Positions 32,945 to 36,002 of a stretch of DNA of 36,002 bases are shown here, piece by piece. Below the pieces are notes generated by a model. It made no database searches and was not told where the DNA came from. It worked only from the letters and a program-made list of their open reading frames with translations. Numbering within the stretch: the first letter of the stretch is position 1; every line of letters begins with the position of its first letter. The DNA is from an uncultured Candidatus Saccharibacteria bacterium (GTDB taxonomy: Bacteria > Patescibacteriota > WWE3 > UBA101185 > UBA10185), in the NCBI GenBank assembly GCA_964567095.1, contig CAZMKN010000003.1, positions 3,996 to 39,997 on the forward strand, given 5' to 3'. Made by a program: the position numbers and the translations under genes.

Positions 32945-35797
32945 TTAGCCTTTCCATGAAAAAGGGCAGATGTCTTTATAATCGCACCACCCACATAAAA
33001 ATCCGGATTTTGGTTCGAAGTTTCCTTCCTTAATATTTTCAATAACCTTCTTAATTTCCACAACAGTTTTCTGAATGTTTTCCTCAGTTCTCGTGGTGTT
33101 TATCTTCTCGTTTTTTTCCACGAAATAAAGCGTAAACTTTGTTGGGTTGAAACCTAATGCTTCTTTAGCTCCCAAAGCATACAGCGTAATTTGCTTATCT
33201 TTATCCACTTCTTTTTGTGTTTTAGTTTTCCCTGTCTTGTAGTCTATAATCTCCACTTTCCCGTTACCTAGGCTGTCAATGCGGTCAATTTTCCCATAAA
33301 AGCGGACCCCGTTGATTTGTATATTGAAAGATTTTTCCAGCCCAAGCGGTTTTATAGCTTTATCTAAACTTCTATAATACTCTTTTAACAACTTCCTCCC
33401 GTCGGCAAATCTCTCTTTTCTATGTTTTTCATCTAAATATCCCAAAGGTTCCCATTTTTCTTCATAAATTTTATAGAGTTCCACCAACGAAACGTCTTTG
33501 AACAATAATCTTTCGTGGAATAGCTTAAGAGTTTCATGTATTGTGTTTCCAAAACTTAATGCGTGGCTTGGTAGCGTAGGCACGTTTAGGACATATTTAT
33601 ATTTGTATTTAAGAGGACAGTTTTCATAAGTGGAAATTTGGGTGTAGCTTAAAAAGTTTGGGGTAAAATTGCTGATTTTTCTAAGTTCCGGTTCTCTATA
33701 GTTTGTGTTAACCCCCAAAAGACTTTCTTGTTCTTTTTTTCTATCTTTCTCCATTGTCACTTTTTGTGTCTTTATACCTGTTTCTTGCAAAAAACCACTT
33801 GGTTTTTTCGCGCGCTTTCCTCCGTAATCCTTTCCGTAGACCATAAACAAATATTTTCGCGTTCTTGTCATTCCAACATAAAAAAGTCGCCTTTCCTCTT
33901 GGATATGCGCATTTCCCTCGGGCAACTCCTCTTTTATTAAATCTTCCGGAATCTCAATTTGATCCCCTCTTTCTCTAGTAGGAAATCTGCTCGCCACAGT
34001 GTTTACAATGAATACAACGGGAAATTCCAATCCTTTTGAGCCATGTGTTGTCATTAAATTTATCGTATCTATATCTTCTATTTCTGCTTGTGCCGGATTG
34101 TCCCCAGCTTCTAGCATCATTTCCATATAATCAACAAAATCTATAAGTGTTGGTATTTCTTTAGTATCTTGATTGAATTCCACTTCGAATTTCTTAGCTT
34201 TATCCAAAAACAAGTCCAGATTTTTTATACATAACTGATTTTGAATATTTTCCTCCTCCAGAAATCGGCTCAAATATCCTGTTTCTTGCACGATGTTGTA
34301 CACGAGTTCTACCGGAGTATTTTTCGCAACCCTTTCTTGGTATTTTTTTACAAGTTCTACAAAACCAATAACCTTCTCGTCTTCGGAGTTTTTAACTGTT
34401 TCCCACAGGTTCTCTTTCTTGTGTTTCGATACAGCTAGAAGATTGGCAATAGCCTCTTTTTCTATTTTCAAGCTCTCAATATTTAAGACGCGATATAGGC
34501 TAATTGAATCCATAGGATTGATCAACACTTTGACTAACCCATAAATGTCCCTAATTTCATCTCGGTCATAAAGCCCTCTATTTCCTACAAGTTGGTAAGG
34601 TAAGCCATATTTTCTTAGTGCTAAAACAAAGGGCCCCAGATGATTGTTTGCTCTTGCTAGAACCGCAAAATCCTTGTAAGTGTATTGGGGTTCTTTTCCC
34701 AGTATTTCGATTATTTTGGTAATTACATAATCTACTTCATCTTCCGCAGTTTCGAGCTCCGCTATTTGTGGTTCTTGTTCCGTTTGTTTTATTTGACTAA
34801 CTAGTTCTTTTGATATTCCCAGCTTGCTTTCTAAAGAATCGGGATTGTTGTTTTGAATTAATTTGTATGCAGCATTTAGAATTGCCTGTCCGGATCGATA
34901 ATTTTCCAGTAGTGTAACCATTTCTGCCTTTGGATAATCCTCTTGAAATTGAAGGATATTAGAAATGGCTGCGCCTCTGAATTTGTAGATTGACTGTGAG
35001 TCATCTCCAACTACAGATAAGCTTCTTTCGTATTGTTTTTCTTGAGGGAATAGAAGCTTGATAAGCTCATATTGGGCGTAGTTGGTGTCCTGAAATTCAT
35101 CCACGAGAATATGCTGAAATTTTTCTTGATATTTTTTTAAGATATTAGGTCTTTTTTTGAAGAGTTTAATTGTCCAAGTTATTAGGTCTCCGAAGTCCAT
35201 TTTTGAGTTTTGGATTTTTAGCTCCTGGAATTTTTTGTAAAGTGTAGTTAGCTCCGCCCACCTTTCTTTTTCTTCAGGTTCCTCGAACTTTTTGTTTTGT
35301 ACATAGGTTTCCAATTCTTCTGGTAGTATATTCTCGTCCTGCAGTCTTGAGATGAATTTCAATATTGCGGCAATAAATTTTGTGGGATTTCCAAGAGGTA
35401 AGTAGTACTTAAGATCCATGGAAAACAAATTTTTTCTTAGAAGCATCCATTGTTTAGGGTATGAGATGATTTTATATGAAGGATCTAGCCCTATTTCTAA
35501 CCCTTCTTTTTTGAGCAATCGATCGCAGAAGGCGTGGAATGTATAAACCCAAGGCTCTTCGTATGCTAAGGGCATTTCTTCTTGAATTCTTGTTAGCATT
35601 TCTTCTGTAGCCTTGTCCGTGAAAGTTAGAGCCAGTATTTTCATTGGATCTATCCCCTCATTTTTTATTAGTTTTTTGATTTTTTCCGCGATTACTCTTG
35701 TTTTTCCTGTTCCAGCACCAGCTACTACTATTATGGGGCCCTTTGTATGGTTTACTGCTTTTCGCTGATTTTTGTTAAGGATTATTTTATCTGCCAT
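32945..35797 (-). CDS. UvrD/PcrA-type SF1 helicase fused to a C-terminal Cys-cluster PD-(D/E)XK (AddB/Cas4-type) nuclease
   Basis: Helicase motifs are VVAGAGTGKTRV (I), ILVDEFQDTN (II), VVGDDSQSIYKFRGA (III), THGSKGLEFPVVF (V) and FYVGMTRTRKYL (VI). Nuclease motifs are YENCPLKYKY, GKIDRID, VEIIDYKTGK, QITLYAL and CGWCDYKDICP. Confidence 0.85.
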   Translation of the reverse strand: MADKIILNKNQRKAVNHTKGPIIVVAGAGTGKTRVIAEKIKKLIKNEGIDPMKILALTFTDKATEEMLTRIQEEMPLAYEEPWVYTFHAFCDRLLKKEGLEIGLDPSYKIISYPKQWMLLRKNLFSMDLKYYLPLGNPTKFIAAILKFISRLQDENILPEELETYVQNKKFEEPEEKERWAELTTLYKKFQELKIQNSKMDFGDLITWTIKLFKKRPNILKKYQEKFQHILVDEFQDTNYAQYELIKLLFPQEKQYERSLSVVGDDSQSIYKFRGAAISNILQFQEDYPKAEMVTLLENYRSGQAILNAAYKLIQNNNPDSLESKLGISKELVSQIKQTEQEPQIAELETAEDEVDYVITKIIEILGKEPQYTYKDFAVLARANNHLGPFVLALRKYGLPYQLVGNRGLYDRDEIRDIYGLVKVLINPMDSISLYRVLNIESLKIEKEAIANLLAVSKHKKENLWETVKNSEDEKVIGFVELVKKYQERVAKNTPVELVYNIVQETGYLSRFLEEENIQNQLCIKNLDLFLDKAKKFEVEFNQDTKEIPTLIDFVDYMEMMLEAGDNPAQAEIEDIDTINLMTTHGSKGLEFPVVFIVNTVASRFPTRERGDQIEIPEDLIKEELPEGNAHIQEERRLFYVGMTRTRKYLFMVYGKDYGGKRAKKPSGFLQETGIKTQKVTMEKDRKKEQESLLGVNTNYREPELRKISNFTPNFLSYTQISTYENCPLKYKYKYVLNVPTLPSHALSFGNTIHETLKLFHERLLFKDVSLVELYKIYEEKWEPLGYLDEKHRKERFADGRKLLKEYYRSLDKAIKPLGLEKSFNIQINGVRFYGKIDRIDSLGNGKVEIIDYKTGKTKTQKEVDKDKQITLYALGAKEALGFNPTKFTLYFVEKNEKINTTRTEENIQKTVVEIKKVIENIKEGNFEPKSGFLCGWCDYKDICPFSWKG

Positions 35798-35805
35798 ATT
35801 GCATA

Positions 35806-35811
35806 ATTATA
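35806..35811 (-). promoter_or_regulatory. Candidate -10 box (TATAAT) immediately upstream of the helicase-nuclease gene
   Basis: The minus strand reads GGGTATAATTATGCAAT-ATG. A perfect TATAAT ends 8 nt before the ATG at 35797. Confidence 0.3.
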
Positions 35812-35880
35812 CCCGAGAGCCGGATAGTTCTTGATTAAGCTCCGTCCTTGCTGTGGATACCTCGTTCGCAGACTTGGTTT

Positions 35881-35902
35881 AGAGTACTTCCCGCAGTACT
35901 CT
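35881..35902. other. Perfect 8-bp stem-loop in non-coding DNA
   Basis: AGAGTACT-tcccgc-AGTACTCT lies in the G+C-richer non-coding stretch at the right edge of the window. Confidence 0.3.
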
Positions 35903-35954
35903 CTTATCCAATCACTCTCTTCTTACTCCTAAACGTTTTGTTGAAAGGACTTTG

Positions 35955-35977
35955 CGTTTGGATCTCGGGCGTTTTTT
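35955..35977 (+). terminator. Weak plus-strand-specific terminator-like hairpin with a U6 tract
   Basis: CGUUUGG-AUC-UCGGGCG is followed by UUUUUU. Four of the seven pairs are G-U, so the stem forms only in plus-strand RNA. TGCTAGAAT (an extended -10-like sequence) follows at about 35983-35991. Confidence 0.3.
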
Positions 35978-36002
35978 GTGCGTGCTAGAATATGTACGTG
36001 TC

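Noticed and set aside
1-36002. Whole-window scan for tRNA T-loop signatures (GGTTCGAAT-type), rRNA, CRISPR repeats, IS-element inverted repeats, and reverse transcriptase or DGR components.
   Set aside because: None was recognised by eye on either strand. The only RNase H-like gene (26910-27335) is a stand-alone RNase HI without an RT domain. A computational scan (tRNAscan-SE, Infernal, MinCED) would be needed to be certain.

Overview
This is an AT-rich, very gene-dense chromosomal segment with about 40 genes. Most intergenic gaps are 0-25 nt, and several gene pairs overlap by 4-8 nt at start/stop codons. I found no rRNA, tRNA, CRISPR array, transposase or integrase.

The gene content points to a reduced-genome monoderm bacterium of the Patescibacteria/CPR type. 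This is an inference from shortened ProRS, AlaRS and HolA, a sortase, FemAB genes, a DUF4012 protein, a PrgI/VirB4 module and many small membrane proteins.

Layout:
- 1-6.1 kb, minus strand: VanZ-like fragment, an anchored secreted protein, a coiled-coil M23 hydrolase, ftsX, ftsE, a small membrane protein and murJ.
- 6.2-8.3 kb, plus strand: rpsT followed by a translationally coupled four-gene set. It comprises a PilN-like protein, a PilO-like protein, a small TM protein, and a protein ending in a VPDTG sorting-signal-like tail.
- 8.3-15.2 kb, minus strand: one uninterrupted run of proS, a PrgI/VirB3-like protein, a 232-aa protein, a VirB4-like ATPase, holA-like and sortase.
- 15.4-16.2 kb: an isolated phage-type YopX gene plus a small polytopic membrane protein.
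- 16.3-21.9 kb: an OmpR-type response regulator with a non-canonical receiver, a UbiA-family phosphoribosyltransferase-like enzyme, two membrane proteins, an O-antigen-ligase-like protein, a TPR protein and a PEGA/SH3b protein.
- 22-25.9 kb: alaS, then a CIRCE-controlled groES-groEL operon with a terminator.
- 26-32.9 kb: an NTase-fold protein, RNase HI, a Wzz-like protein, a degenerate-SDR/DUF4012 fusion and two tandem FemAB-family transferases.
- 32.9-35.8 kb: a UvrD-type helicase fused to a Cys-cluster PD-(D/E)XK nuclease, followed by about 200 nt of G+C-richer non-coding sequence.

The most interesting candidates are:
- the stripped-down VirB3/VirB4 secretion-like module, hard-wired between housekeeping genes and next to the PilN/O-like and sortase set;
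- an apparently circularly permuted M23 domain in the FtsEX-associated hydrolase;
- the sortase with its VPDTG protein.

All calls rest on reading motifs by eye. No database search was run, and start codons are provisional.
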